Assembly: GCF_965660375.1 (NCBI RefSeq) | Contig: NZ_CBFHZO010000121.1 | Location: forward strand, 3,250 to 67,249 | DNA length: 64,000 nt | Direction: 5' to 3' | Source: Congregibacter sp. | GTDB lineage: Bacteria; Pseudomonadota; Gammaproteobacteria; Pseudomonadales; Halieaceae | Shown here: one piece after another, positions 31,925-40,205 of the stretch | Layout: each line of letters starts with the position of its first letter | Position numbering within the stretch: position 1 is the stretch's first letter | The notes under the pieces: generated by a model | What the model was told of the DNA's origin: nothing | Database searches by the model: none | What the model saw: the letters and a program-made list of their open reading frames with translations, nothing else | Made by a program: the position numbers and the translations under genes

Positions 31925-32383
31925 TTAGCGTGCGGAAAAATCCCGCGCGTGATGTTCCAGGCGAAGCTCCCGGCGCAGGAGTCGCCAGTGCTCGAAGGAC
32001 ACAGCATCAGGAAAAACAACCAGCGTACGATAGCCCCCTGGCTTCTTACGCGCGGGGCTCCAATGGATTTCCAGCCAGAGCACAGACGCCAGGTTGCCGT
32101 GGCTTTTCACGGTACAAAGCTGAGCGCATGGATCTCCCGGATAAATACAGGACCACGGTGCTCCAGGCTCTCCCAGCGTCCCTCGGTACAGGGTCAGACC
32201 CCGCGGATTCACTCGAGAGAAGGACCATGCCAGGAGCAACAACCCCAGGGCGGCCGGCATCATGCTGCTATGGCTGCCCACAACCCCGGTAATGACACAG
32301 GCCAGACACAGCCCCAGGGACGCACACTGCAGGGCCTGCAGGCGTTGGGAGTTACAAAGGCGTATCCTCAGACCGTCGCGCAT
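31925..32383 (-). CDS. ygfX: YgfX/CptA-like inner-membrane protein
   Basis: Two N-terminal TM helices, small size, and position directly downstream of sdhE. True ATG at 32383 overlaps the sdhE 3' end by 32 nt. Confidence 0.6.
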   Translation of the reverse strand: MRDGLRIRLCNSQRLQALQCASLGLCLACVITGVVGSHSSMMPAALGLLLLAWSFSRVNPRGLTLYRGTLGEPGAPWSCIYPGDPCAQLCTVKSHGNLASVLWLEIHWSPARKKPGGYRTLVVFPDAVSFEHWRLLRRELRLEHHARDFSAR

Positions 32384-32612
32384 CGAGAATGGCCTTCACC
32401 ATTTGTGCGTGCTCCCCGTCCTCGGGCACATGCTTGCGCAAAAACCAATCAAAAAGCTCCTGATCCTGGCAGCTCATGAGTGCCCGGTAACGATCCCGCC
32501 CCGCTCCGTCAAGGTGCGAGTAGTGCAGTCGCACGTAGGGTTCAAGTATAAGGTCCAACTCAAGCATGCCCCGGCGACTCGCCCAGCGCATTCGTTTATG
32601 TTCCTCGTCCAT
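32352..32612 (-). CDS. sdhE: FAD assembly factor SdhE (YgfY/CptB)
   Basis: RMRWASRRGMLELDLIL...LMSCQDQELFDWF matches the SdhE RGxxE family. I start at ATG 32612 (86 aa); the track ORF is extended 49 codons. Confidence 0.85.
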   Translation of the reverse strand: MDEEHKRMRWASRRGMLELDLILEPYVRLHYSHLDGAGRDRYRALMSCQDQELFDWFLRKHVPEDGEHAQMVKAILDARRSEDTPL

Positions 32613-32667
32613 GGAAAACACCCGCTTTTTCGATGCGCGGGAGTATAGCCGAGTCGCGGCACGGGTT

Positions 32668-33666
32668 ATGATTCCCCGCAGCAGTATCCAAAGCAAGCTC
32701 GATGAGCAATCAGGAGGTATTTTGGACCGTTTTGCCTGTTTTCTCCCCGCGGAAGCCATGATTCATCTTCGCGGCAATAAAGTTCCGGAGTTTCTCCAGG
32801 GGCAGTTGACCTGCGACACACGCCAATTGAGCCCCGAGCGAGCGATCATGGGTGCGCTGTGTAACGTAAAAGGTCGTGTACTCAGTGATCTTACGGTGGT
32901 GTACATCAGTGATTCGCATCTGATACTGCGACTCCGTCGCTCCCTCGCACCCACCATCGCCAGGACCCTTGAACGCTACGCGCAATTCTCCCGCATCAGC
33001 GTTGAGCTGGAGGCATCCGAGCATTCTATCTTTGCTTTGGGCGGTGAGAACTTCGATGTAGATGATAGTGGGGATGATGTCAGAGACGCGTCAGGTCCTG
33101 GCTCCCTGCCTGTGGCCTCCCGCGAGGGAGCACTGTTTATCAGGCGGAGTGCCTGCCACGGCGAGTTAATTGCCATCGACGACAACAGCGCCCGGGCACT
33201 CGCGGCCCAAGAGACAGTGTCCCCCGCAGCGAGCGGGAACGCCTCGGCAAACGCCCCGTTATCCTGGGAGCTGGCGACACTTCGAGCCGGCCATTACGCT
33301 CTGGAGCTGAATGACCTTGAGTGCTTCACACCCCAGGCATTGAATTACGACCTCAGCGGTCTGGTGGCCTTTGACAAGGGTTGCTACACCGGCCAGGAAA
33401 TCGTCGCCCGGCTGCACTATAAGGGTCGCAGTAAAAAACGCCTGCAGGTTCTCGAAGGCCCGAAGACGTTGAAACAGATAGCACGCGATACACCTCTGCA
33501 CAGCGACTCAGGACAGGTCGTGGGCAGCTGCCTTCGTTGTGTATCCATGCGCGGTAGCCACCCGCTCATCGCCGGGGAAGTGCTCAGCGACCACTTGCAG
33601 CAAACGCTTTATTTAGACACGGGCGATCGCCTTGACGCGGTGACCCCGGAGCGCCAGGACTCGTAG
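32668..33666 (+). CDS. ygfZ: folate-binding Fe-S cluster repair / tRNA-modification protein YgfZ
   Basis: FLQGQLTCD near the N-terminus and the KGCYTGQEIVAR signature. Start moved to ATG 32668 to avoid overlapping the divergent sdhE. Confidence 0.85.
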   Translation: MIPRSSIQSKLDEQSGGILDRFACFLPAEAMIHLRGNKVPEFLQGQLTCDTRQLSPERAIMGALCNVKGRVLSDLTVVYISDSHLILRLRRSLAPTIARTLERYAQFSRISVELEASEHSIFALGGENFDVDDSGDDVRDASGPGSLPVASREGALFIRRSACHGELIAIDDNSARALAAQETVSPAASGNASANAPLSWELATLRAGHYALELNDLECFTPQALNYDLSGLVAFDKGCYTGQEIVARLHYKGRSKKRLQVLEGPKTLKQIARDTPLHSDSGQVVGSCLRCVSMRGSHPLIAGEVLSDHLQQTLYLDTGDRLDAVTPERQDS

Positions 33667-33718
33667 ATACCCCGATGCCCCCTCCAAGCGCGGGGTAACG
33701 CTCGTATCGGATGGAGCA

Positions 33719-34399
33719 TTAAGCGTCTACTGACCAGTTTATGGCGTCGCGGCCGTGTGCGCGGAGGAACGCATTGGCCTTTGTGAAATGCCCGCAGCCA
33801 AAAAAACCCCGGTAGGCGCTCAGGGGAGATGGATGGGGAGCTGTAAGCACACAGTGCCTTTGCGCATCGATAAAAGCGCCTTTCTTTTGCGCGTGGCCTC
33901 CCCAGAGAAGAAACACTACAGGCTCCGGCCCATTGGCCAGCCGCGATATCACTGCATCGGTGAACAGCTCCCAACCTTTTCCCGCATGGGAACCCGGGCG
34001 TCCCTCCTCAACGGTGAGCACGCTGTTGAGCAACAACACGCCCTGCTTCGCCCAGGCTTCAAGACATCCGTGGGAGGGAGCGGTTATTCCCAGATCCTCA
34101 TGCAGCTCCTTAAAAATATTCCGCAGCGAGGGCGGTATCGGCGTGCCACGCGTCACCGAAAAACTCAGCCCGTGGGCCTGCCCGCGCTTGTGGTAAGGGT
34201 CCTGTCCGAGGATCACAACGTGCACATCTTCGGGGGACATGTTTGCGAAGGCACCAAACACCTGATGAGAAGGCGGAAACACTGCAACACCAGTGCTTCG
34301 TCGCTCCTCAAGAAAAGCGCATAAGCTCCGCATGTAGTCAGATTCAAAGTCACTTCTCAAAAGTGCACACCATTCGTCAGGGACGGAATATTCAAACAT
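33719..34399 (-). CDS. ung: uracil-DNA glycosylase
   Basis: VVILGQDPYH, GVLLLN, HPSPLS motifs. Confidence 0.95.
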   Translation of the reverse strand: MFEYSVPDEWCALLRSDFESDYMRSLCAFLEERRSTGVAVFPPSHQVFGAFANMSPEDVHVVILGQDPYHKRGQAHGLSFSVTRGTPIPPSLRNIFKELHEDLGITAPSHGCLEAWAKQGVLLLNSVLTVEEGRPGSHAGKGWELFTDAVISRLANGPEPVVFLLWGGHAQKKGAFIDAQRHCVLTAPHPSPLSAYRGFFGCGHFTKANAFLRAHGRDAINWSVDA

Positions 34400-34445
34400 C
34401 TTGGTTCACGCCTAACTCCAGTTTTCTGTGTGTTGAGGTTAGCTT

Positions 34446-34489
34446 AAGGGTTCCCCTGGAGGCGACCTAAAGCCCTCAGGGAAACCCTT
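34446..34489. repeat. imperfect 13-nt inverted repeat in the ung / DUF1631-GGDEF-EAL divergent intergenic region
   Basis: AAGGGTTCCCCTG ...18 nt... CAGGGAAACCCTT, 12 of 13 positions complementary, read directly from the sequence. Confidence 0.6.
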
Positions 34490-34496
34490 ACTGTGC

Positions 34497-34558
34497 TTCA
34501 GAGTCGACAGCTTCTTCCGTATACTCTGCCTGATTAATCTGCCTGACTACTCAGGCAG
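34497..34558 (+). promoter_or_regulatory. candidate sigma-70 promoter plus triple CTGCCTGA motif / leader hairpin
   Basis: TTCAGA (34497..34502)-N17-TATACT (34520..34525). CTGCCTGA occurs at 34526..34533 and 34539..34546, with its complement TCAGGCAG at 34551..34558. The last two form an 8-bp hairpin ending 2 nt before GTG 34561. Confidence 0.4.
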
Positions 34559-34560
34559 AG

Positions 34561-37500
34561 GTGCAGCCGCGCGACCTCGCGCTTGCCTCGCTTAACGAGA
34601 TTGCGAACTTTATGAGTGATAACAAGGCCGCGTTACCCGCCTATCTTCGGTTACCCGATGGCCTTCGCGTTGCCGGCATCGCCGAAATCACTAATTCCGG
34701 CTCCCTTTTGCTCAAGCCCAAGCAGGCTATTTCTCCTCTGCCGCCTGAGGGACTTCCCGTCCACCTGGTCATTGCCGGCTTACCGGACGACGATGAAGCG
34801 CAGATCAGCATCGGTGGAAGCATCGAAACCGTTAACGTCCGGGAGGTACTCATCAACCCGGATGATGATCTCCCCGATAGGGTCCTGGAAGTGATGGACC
34901 CCGATGCCATCGTCTGGCTCCCGGACGCCGAGGAAGCGGAGCGTCTTGTTAACGAGATGCTGACGGTAGGGCACTCGCAACTATTGCAGGCCATGAAGCG
35001 TTTTCTCGTGGAACTCGGCGACCGCCTTTTTGATCTCTCAACCTCCTCGCGTTACGGCATCTCCGGTCAGCATGCTCACTATGATGCGCTCAACGTATTG
35101 AAGCGCAACAATGAGGATTTTCTCGAGGATTTTTCCAATGCCCTCACCGCGAGCACGGAGACACTGGAAAAAGAAAGCGCAGGACAAACTTTTGCGGATC
35201 TGGAGGCTGCGTCGGCACGCAGCCTGAATCTTGTTGCACTGGATGAGATGGACCAAAAACTGGCGGTGGATAAAATCGTCAATAACCTCATCGAAGCGCA
35301 CCGGGTAGAACTCGAGTGCCTGACCATTCGCACGGCGCTGGTCAGCGACCGGGAGCCGCGACGGGCACGGACGCCGTTTCACCCGGCTTATGTTTTGCAG
35401 GCGTTTATGGATGCCCTCGAGCCCATAACCGATAGCCCAGTGGTCATCCAGGATAGCCTGAAAGCATTTCAGAACGCCTACGCGCCACAGATGGGAAAGC
35501 TTTATCCCGAGCTCAACCGTATTTTTACCAACGCGGACATCGAACCCGGGCTGGAAGAAGACATCCGGGAAAATGGATCGCTGCTAAATCCCGTGGAAAA
35601 GCGCATTATCAAGTCTACCGTGCGCACCAAGCCAGCCGTGGAAAACGATGCATCCCGGGAGACCTCATCGGCACAAAGCGACCCTGCGGATGCAGCAAAA
35701 CCTGATGCCTCAGCAGGCAATGATAGCCCCAGTGAATCAGCAGCAGGGGGTGGGTTCAGGGACGACAGTGATACTTCGCCCACGGGTGACGCTATCAGCG
35801 CAGCCGGCACCTCCGAAACCGGTGGCACTTCCGAAACCGGCGGCAATAAACATGATGCCATGTATGACGCAGTCATCAGCGCCCTTGATACGAACCGTGA
35901 GCGATCGGAAAGCGGCAGCATCACGGCGACCACCCCGAGCGACACCAAGGCGACGGTCGACAGCGCCGGGGAGGACTCGGTGCCGGCACAGGACAGCGCT
36001 GCCGTACCTCAGGCGACCCTCGATCAACAGCAGCTGCTCAACGCGCTACTTTCGTTACAGGCATCCCAGCCCCCCGCCCAGTCCCTGGGAGAGCTGCAGC
36101 CCCTCGAAACGCTCCTAAAGGAGCATGGCGGTCTGGGTGACGATGTCGCGCTGGAGCGGGACGGCGCCAATCACCTGAGTTTCGTGGACGCGGTCTTCGA
36201 TACCTTGAATCGCAATTTCGAAGTCAGTGACGACATGGCACCCAGCCTGGCACAACTGCGGGTCCCTCTGGCACGGCTATCCCTTCACGAACCCCGGTTT
36301 TTTGCCCAGCCGGACCACCCGGCACACCAGCTGCTGGACAAGATTTCCAAGCTGGCCAGTGCGGACAACACGCTCAACCGCTCATTTCAGACAAAGGTGG
36401 CGGAGATCGTCGAGCGCGTTGCCAGGGATTACAGCGATGACAGCACCGTATTCTCGGAGGCACAGGGAGACCTGAATACACTCCTGGCCCAGCAGAACCG
36501 CTCCCTGGACAGAAACGTCGAGCGTGTTGTCAGCGGCCTCCAGGGTCAGGAGCGGCTGACACGGGCACAGCGGAGTGTCGAAAACCTCCTAGACCGGCAT
36601 CTGGATCGGGACAGCGCACCCCGGGCGCTCGTAGATCTCCTCGATGGGGGCTGGCGTCAGGCGCTCGTACAAATCGCCCTGCGCGAGGGTGAAGACAGCA
36701 TCGCCTGGCAGGAAGAGGAGTCACTGCTGCAGACTATGGTCACGGATGTCCGTGCGTCCGGCGAGGGAGAGCTTCCCAGCCTCGAAATCAAAGATATGCA
36801 ACACCGTCTTCAGGCGCTTAACCGACGGCTGAATGCCTCAAACCCCGGTTCCGTGGCCCACGAGGCGGCTCTTCGCAGAATCAACGCGGTAATCACGGGT
36901 AAGGCACCCGCGGACACCACCAGCTACCAGCCACAGGTTGCAGCCGCCGGGCGCCCCGACCCCGAGCGCGTAGCGCAGCTGCCGCGTCTGCGACGCTGGC
37001 TCAAGCGCGTGGAGGCCCTGGAGCCGGGGGCAAAGTTGCGTTATCAGGCAAAGGACGGCCGGCAGCGAGAGATGCGCCTCGTATGGATGAGCAAAGACCG
37101 CGATCAGTTTGCCTTTGTCAACGAACGCGGACAAAAGATCGCGGAAATGAGCGCTATCCAGCTGGCGCGTCAGCTTAGCCGGGGAGCACAGACATCCACA
37201 CCCGTGGACGAGATGTCGGTGCTCGAGCAGAGCATGTACGGCACCCTTGAAGAGGCACAGAAAACACTTAGCTTTGACAGAAACTGTGACAGCATCACCC
37301 AGTTGATCAAGGGCGACTCACTCATGCAGCAGCTGCAGCGCACCCTGCGGCACTCCCATGCGCGTGGCAGTGAGCACGCTTTCCTGCTGCTGGACATTGA
37401 CAACTTTGCCCTGGTTAATGATGTGTTTGACGACACCATTGGTGATGAGGTGCTTAACGAGTTTGGTCATCTCCTCAGTCAGATGAATGATCGTCGTGCG

Positions 37501-38586
37501 CTCACCGCCCGCATCGACGGAGACCAGTTCGGCATCATCCTCACCTACCGCGACACCGATGAGGCGCGACGTATCGCCGACAAAATACGCGTAGATATTG
37601 CTGCAAGCAGCCTCTCCATCAGTGGTGAAAGCGTGTCGTTTACCGTATCCATTGGAATCGCCAGCGTTTTGCAAACCAGCGAAAGCCCCGCGTCCATTAC
37701 GGAGCAGGCGCGGCAGGCCCTCAGCATGGCCAAGAGCCAGGGTAAAGACCAGGTCATGGTGTACGACATCGATCAGGAAGAGGTCATGAACTACAAGCTT
37801 GAACGGGCCTCCTCCCGCAAGCGCCTCGATGATGCCATGTCAACGGACAGTCTGGTGCTCCGTGCCCAGCCGATCGTCCAAAGCGCCGTAGACGGGCGGG
37901 AAGGCGCCAAGCATCACTACGAAATCCTGCTGTCGCTCCGCGACGACGACGGCGAACTACAGTCGCCCCAGGATTTCATCATGTCGGCGGAGCGCTTTGG
38001 CTACGTGACTCTCGTGGACCGCTGGGTGCTCAAGGAAGCATTCTCTTGGATTTCGCATCTCATGGATGCGCAAAAAGAAGTTCCCGAGCTCTCCATCAAT
38101 CTCTCGGGCACCAGCATCATGGACATTGATTTCCTTGACTATGTGCTCGAGCAAATTTCGGAGCACGGCGTGGGCACCAGCAGACTGTGCTTTGAAATAA
38201 CCGAGACCGGCGCCATCGACAATCTGCCCCTGGCGGCGGATTTTGTCCGCACGCTGAAAAACATCGGCTGTAAATTTTCCCTGGATGATTTCGGGACCGG
38301 ACTTGCCAGTCACAAGTACCTCAAAGAGTTGCCGGTAGATTACGTCAAGATCGACGGCACCTTCATCACCGACATTCATCGCAATGAAACCGATTACGCG
38401 ATGACCAAGTCTATTAATGACCTGGCGCATTTCCTGGGACAGAAGACCGTCGCCGAGTGTGTGGAGGACCTGGAAATCGTGCCCGCACTGCGCGAAATTG
38501 GGATCGATTATCTTCAGGGCTGGGGAATCGGCATGCCCCGGGAGCTGCACGAGATCACCGAGGAACTTGCGGACCTAGAGACCTGA
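34561..38586 (+). CDS. DUF1631-like domain protein fused to degenerate GGDEF and EAL domains (predicted c-di-GMP phosphodiesterase)
   Basis: aa ~125-880 carry DUF1631-type blocks (TPFHPAYVLQAFMDALEP; FFAQPDHPAHQLLDKISKLA; RLVWMSKDRDQFAFVNERGQKIAEMSAIQLARQL). The GGDEF domain has signature DGDQF. The EAL domain has EIL, INLS, EITE, DDFGTG, KIDG, ECVE, YLQG. Start is GTG 34561 or in-frame ATG 34612. Confidence 0.85.
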   Translation: MQPRDLALASLNEIANFMSDNKAALPAYLRLPDGLRVAGIAEITNSGSLLLKPKQAISPLPPEGLPVHLVIAGLPDDDEAQISIGGSIETVNVREVLINPDDDLPDRVLEVMDPDAIVWLPDAEEAERLVNEMLTVGHSQLLQAMKRFLVELGDRLFDLSTSSRYGISGQHAHYDALNVLKRNNEDFLEDFSNALTASTETLEKESAGQTFADLEAASARSLNLVALDEMDQKLAVDKIVNNLIEAHRVELECLTIRTALVSDREPRRARTPFHPAYVLQAFMDALEPITDSPVVIQDSLKAFQNAYAPQMGKLYPELNRIFTNADIEPGLEEDIRENGSLLNPVEKRIIKSTVRTKPAVENDASRETSSAQSDPADAAKPDASAGNDSPSESAAGGGFRDDSDTSPTGDAISAAGTSETGGTSETGGNKHDAMYDAVISALDTNRERSESGSITATTPSDTKATVDSAGEDSVPAQDSAAVPQATLDQQQLLNALLSLQASQPPAQSLGELQPLETLLKEHGGLGDDVALERDGANHLSFVDAVFDTLNRNFEVSDDMAPSLAQLRVPLARLSLHEPRFFAQPDHPAHQLLDKISKLASADNTLNRSFQTKVAEIVERVARDYSDDSTVFSEAQGDLNTLLAQQNRSLDRNVERVVSGLQGQERLTRAQRSVENLLDRHLDRDSAPRALVDLLDGGWRQALVQIALREGEDSIAWQEEESLLQTMVTDVRASGEGELPSLEIKDMQHRLQALNRRLNASNPGSVAHEAALRRINAVITGKAPADTTSYQPQVAAAGRPDPERVAQLPRLRRWLKRVEALEPGAKLRYQAKDGRQREMRLVWMSKDRDQFAFVNERGQKIAEMSAIQLARQLSRGAQTSTPVDEMSVLEQSMYGTLEEAQKTLSFDRNCDSITQLIKGDSLMQQLQRTLRHSHARGSEHAFLLLDIDNFALVNDVFDDTIGDEVLNEFGHLLSQMNDRRALTARIDGDQFGIILTYRDTDEARRIADKIRVDIAASSLSISGESVSFTVSIGIASVLQTSESPASITEQARQALSMAKSQGKDQVMVYDIDQEEVMNYKLERASSRKRLDDAMSTDSLVLRAQPIVQSAVDGREGAKHHYEILLSLRDDDGELQSPQDFIMSAERFGYVTLVDRWVLKEAFSWISHLMDAQKEVPELSINLSGTSIMDIDFLDYVLEQISEHGVGTSRLCFEITETGAIDNLPLAADFVRTLKNIGCKFSLDDFGTGLASHKYLKELPVDYVKIDGTFITDIHRNETDYAMTKSINDLAHFLGQKTVAECVEDLEIVPALREIGIDYLQGWGIGMPRELHEITEELADLET
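35806..35841 (+). repeat. 18-nt tandem duplication encoding GTSETG-GTSETG inside the disordered linker
   Basis: ggcacctccgaaaccggt / ggcacttccgaaaccggc: two copies that differ only at two synonymous positions. Confidence 0.8.
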
Positions 38587-38611
38587 CAAGTTTTTCGGCC
38601 AGGCCCCTAAG

Positions 38612-38625
38612 TTGATGTGGATCAA
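38612..38625. promoter_or_regulatory. FNR/Anr box upstream of hemN
   Basis: TTGAT-GTGG-ATCAA is a perfect match to the TTGAT-N4-ATCAA consensus. A -10-like TAGCCT (38648..38653) lies 32 nt from the box centre, consistent with class II (-41.5) geometry. Confidence 0.7.
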
Positions 38626-38689
38626 GATGCATCCTGGAGGGTGCTGCTAGCCTGTTGATCTTAATTTACAGACAGGCCTGTTTTTGATC

Positions 38690-40120
38690 ATGAACCAGAT
38701 AATCGGCAGCAGCGAGCAAACCCGTCGCCTACCCAGCGAATGGGAGGCCGGCATGAGCATGGCGCGTAAATATGCCACCAGCGGCCCGCGCTACACATCC
38801 TACCCCACCGCACCGCAGTTTTCGGAAGAGTTCGATCTGACGAGGTACCGCAACTGGCAGGGGCGCCGAGAACATCATGGCGATCCGCTGTCACTCTATG
38901 TACACCTGCCCTTCTGCCATGACATCTGCTACTACTGCGGTTGCAACAAGGTTGTCACGCGCAAGGAAGGTGTTGCGGCACGCTACCTGTCACAACTTGC
39001 TAAAGAGCTCGAGATGCAGAGCCAGATAGTTGGGAAGGATCGCCCTATTACCCAGATGCATTGGGGTGGAGGCACGCCGACCTATCTCAACGACGGCGAA
39101 ATCACCGAGCTCATGCACAGCCTTGCAAACCGCTTCCGACTATTGGACAAGGGCTACCGTGAATACTCCATTGAAATCGATCCGCGCACGGTTTCGTCAT
39201 CAACCATTGCACTGCTCAAGGGCGTGGGTTTCAACCGTATCAGCCTTGGCGTTCAGGACTTTGACGAGCAGGTACAAAAAGCCGTAAATCGCATTCAGCC
39301 CTACGCCCAGGTGGCAGAGCTGGTGGAGGCGACACGGGCCCACGGTTTCCGCTCCCTGAGCTTTGATCTTATCTACGGCCTGCCCTATCAGGACCATGTG
39401 AGCATGGCAGAGACCCTACGCAAGGTCATCAGCCTGCGTCCGGACCGCATCGCCTGCTACAACTACGCTCACCTGCCCGAGCGCTTTTTGCCCCAGCGCT
39501 CCATTGATCGACACACGCTCCCGGAGCCCGAGGAGAAGCTTCTCCTTGCGCAGATGATCAGTGCGACCTTGCAGGACGCTGGCTATCGGTACATTGGCAT
39601 GGATCACTACGTTCTCCCGGAAGACGAACTGGCCCGTGCACAGGGTGAATCCCGTCTGCAACGGAATTTTCAGGGTTACTCGCTGCAGCTGGCCGACGAC
39701 CTCCTGGGGCTGGGAGTCTCGTCTATCAGCCAGATCGGCGACTTCTATCTGCAAAACGCCCGCGATCTTCCCGAGTATTATCAAATGCTGGATGATGGGC
39801 AGCTACCCATAACCAAAGGCTACAGGATCAACAGCGAGGACAAGCTTCGTCACCGGGTGATCATGTCGCTTATCTGTGATCTCAGCCTGGATATCACCGA
39901 GGTAGAACGGGAATTCGGTATCGACTTTCACAGCCACTTCGCTGACGCTTTGGACGAACTGACGGAGGCTTTTGATGACCGCTTGTTGGAATTTGATGCC
40001 GGCACTCTTCGCGTGACACCCGCAGGTCGCCCCTTCCTCAGGAACCTCTGTATGCCCTTTGATGAGTATCTCGAGCACCACAGCCGCAGCGGTAAAGCCA
40101 AGTTTTCAGCCACAGTTTGA
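38690..40120 (+). CDS. hemN: oxygen-independent coproporphyrinogen III oxidase (radical SAM)
   Basis: GPRYTSYPTAPQF, radical-SAM CHDICYYCGC, HWGGGTPTYL. ATG 38690 preferred over the TTG at 38684. Confidence 0.95.
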   Translation: MNQIIGSSEQTRRLPSEWEAGMSMARKYATSGPRYTSYPTAPQFSEEFDLTRYRNWQGRREHHGDPLSLYVHLPFCHDICYYCGCNKVVTRKEGVAARYLSQLAKELEMQSQIVGKDRPITQMHWGGGTPTYLNDGEITELMHSLANRFRLLDKGYREYSIEIDPRTVSSSTIALLKGVGFNRISLGVQDFDEQVQKAVNRIQPYAQVAELVEATRAHGFRSLSFDLIYGLPYQDHVSMAETLRKVISLRPDRIACYNYAHLPERFLPQRSIDRHTLPEPEEKLLLAQMISATLQDAGYRYIGMDHYVLPEDELARAQGESRLQRNFQGYSLQLADDLLGLGVSSISQIGDFYLQNARDLPEYYQMLDDGQLPITKGYRINSEDKLRHRVIMSLICDLSLDITEVEREFGIDFHSHFADALDELTEAFDDRLLEFDAGTLRVTPAGRPFLRNLCMPFDEYLEHHSRSGKAKFSATV

Positions 40121-40205
40121 CTCACTGAGCAATGTAAAGTTTAGTTGACAGCTGTGCAGTGGGTCGATACCTTTTTGCCCATAGCCGGTACGGGAAAACA
40201 CAGCA

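Noticed and set aside
34561-34920. PilZ domain call for the first ~120 aa of the DUF1631-GGDEF-EAL protein
   Set aside because: The RLPDGLR / EITNSGSLLL pattern only loosely resembles RxxxR ... D/NxSxxG. The spacing is RxxxxxR and the Ser position is Thr. This is not supportable without a profile search.
38655-38668. Second FNR-like site TTGATcttaATTTA before hemN
   Set aside because: Only the left half-site matches, and it overlaps the predicted TSS. It is not called as a feature.
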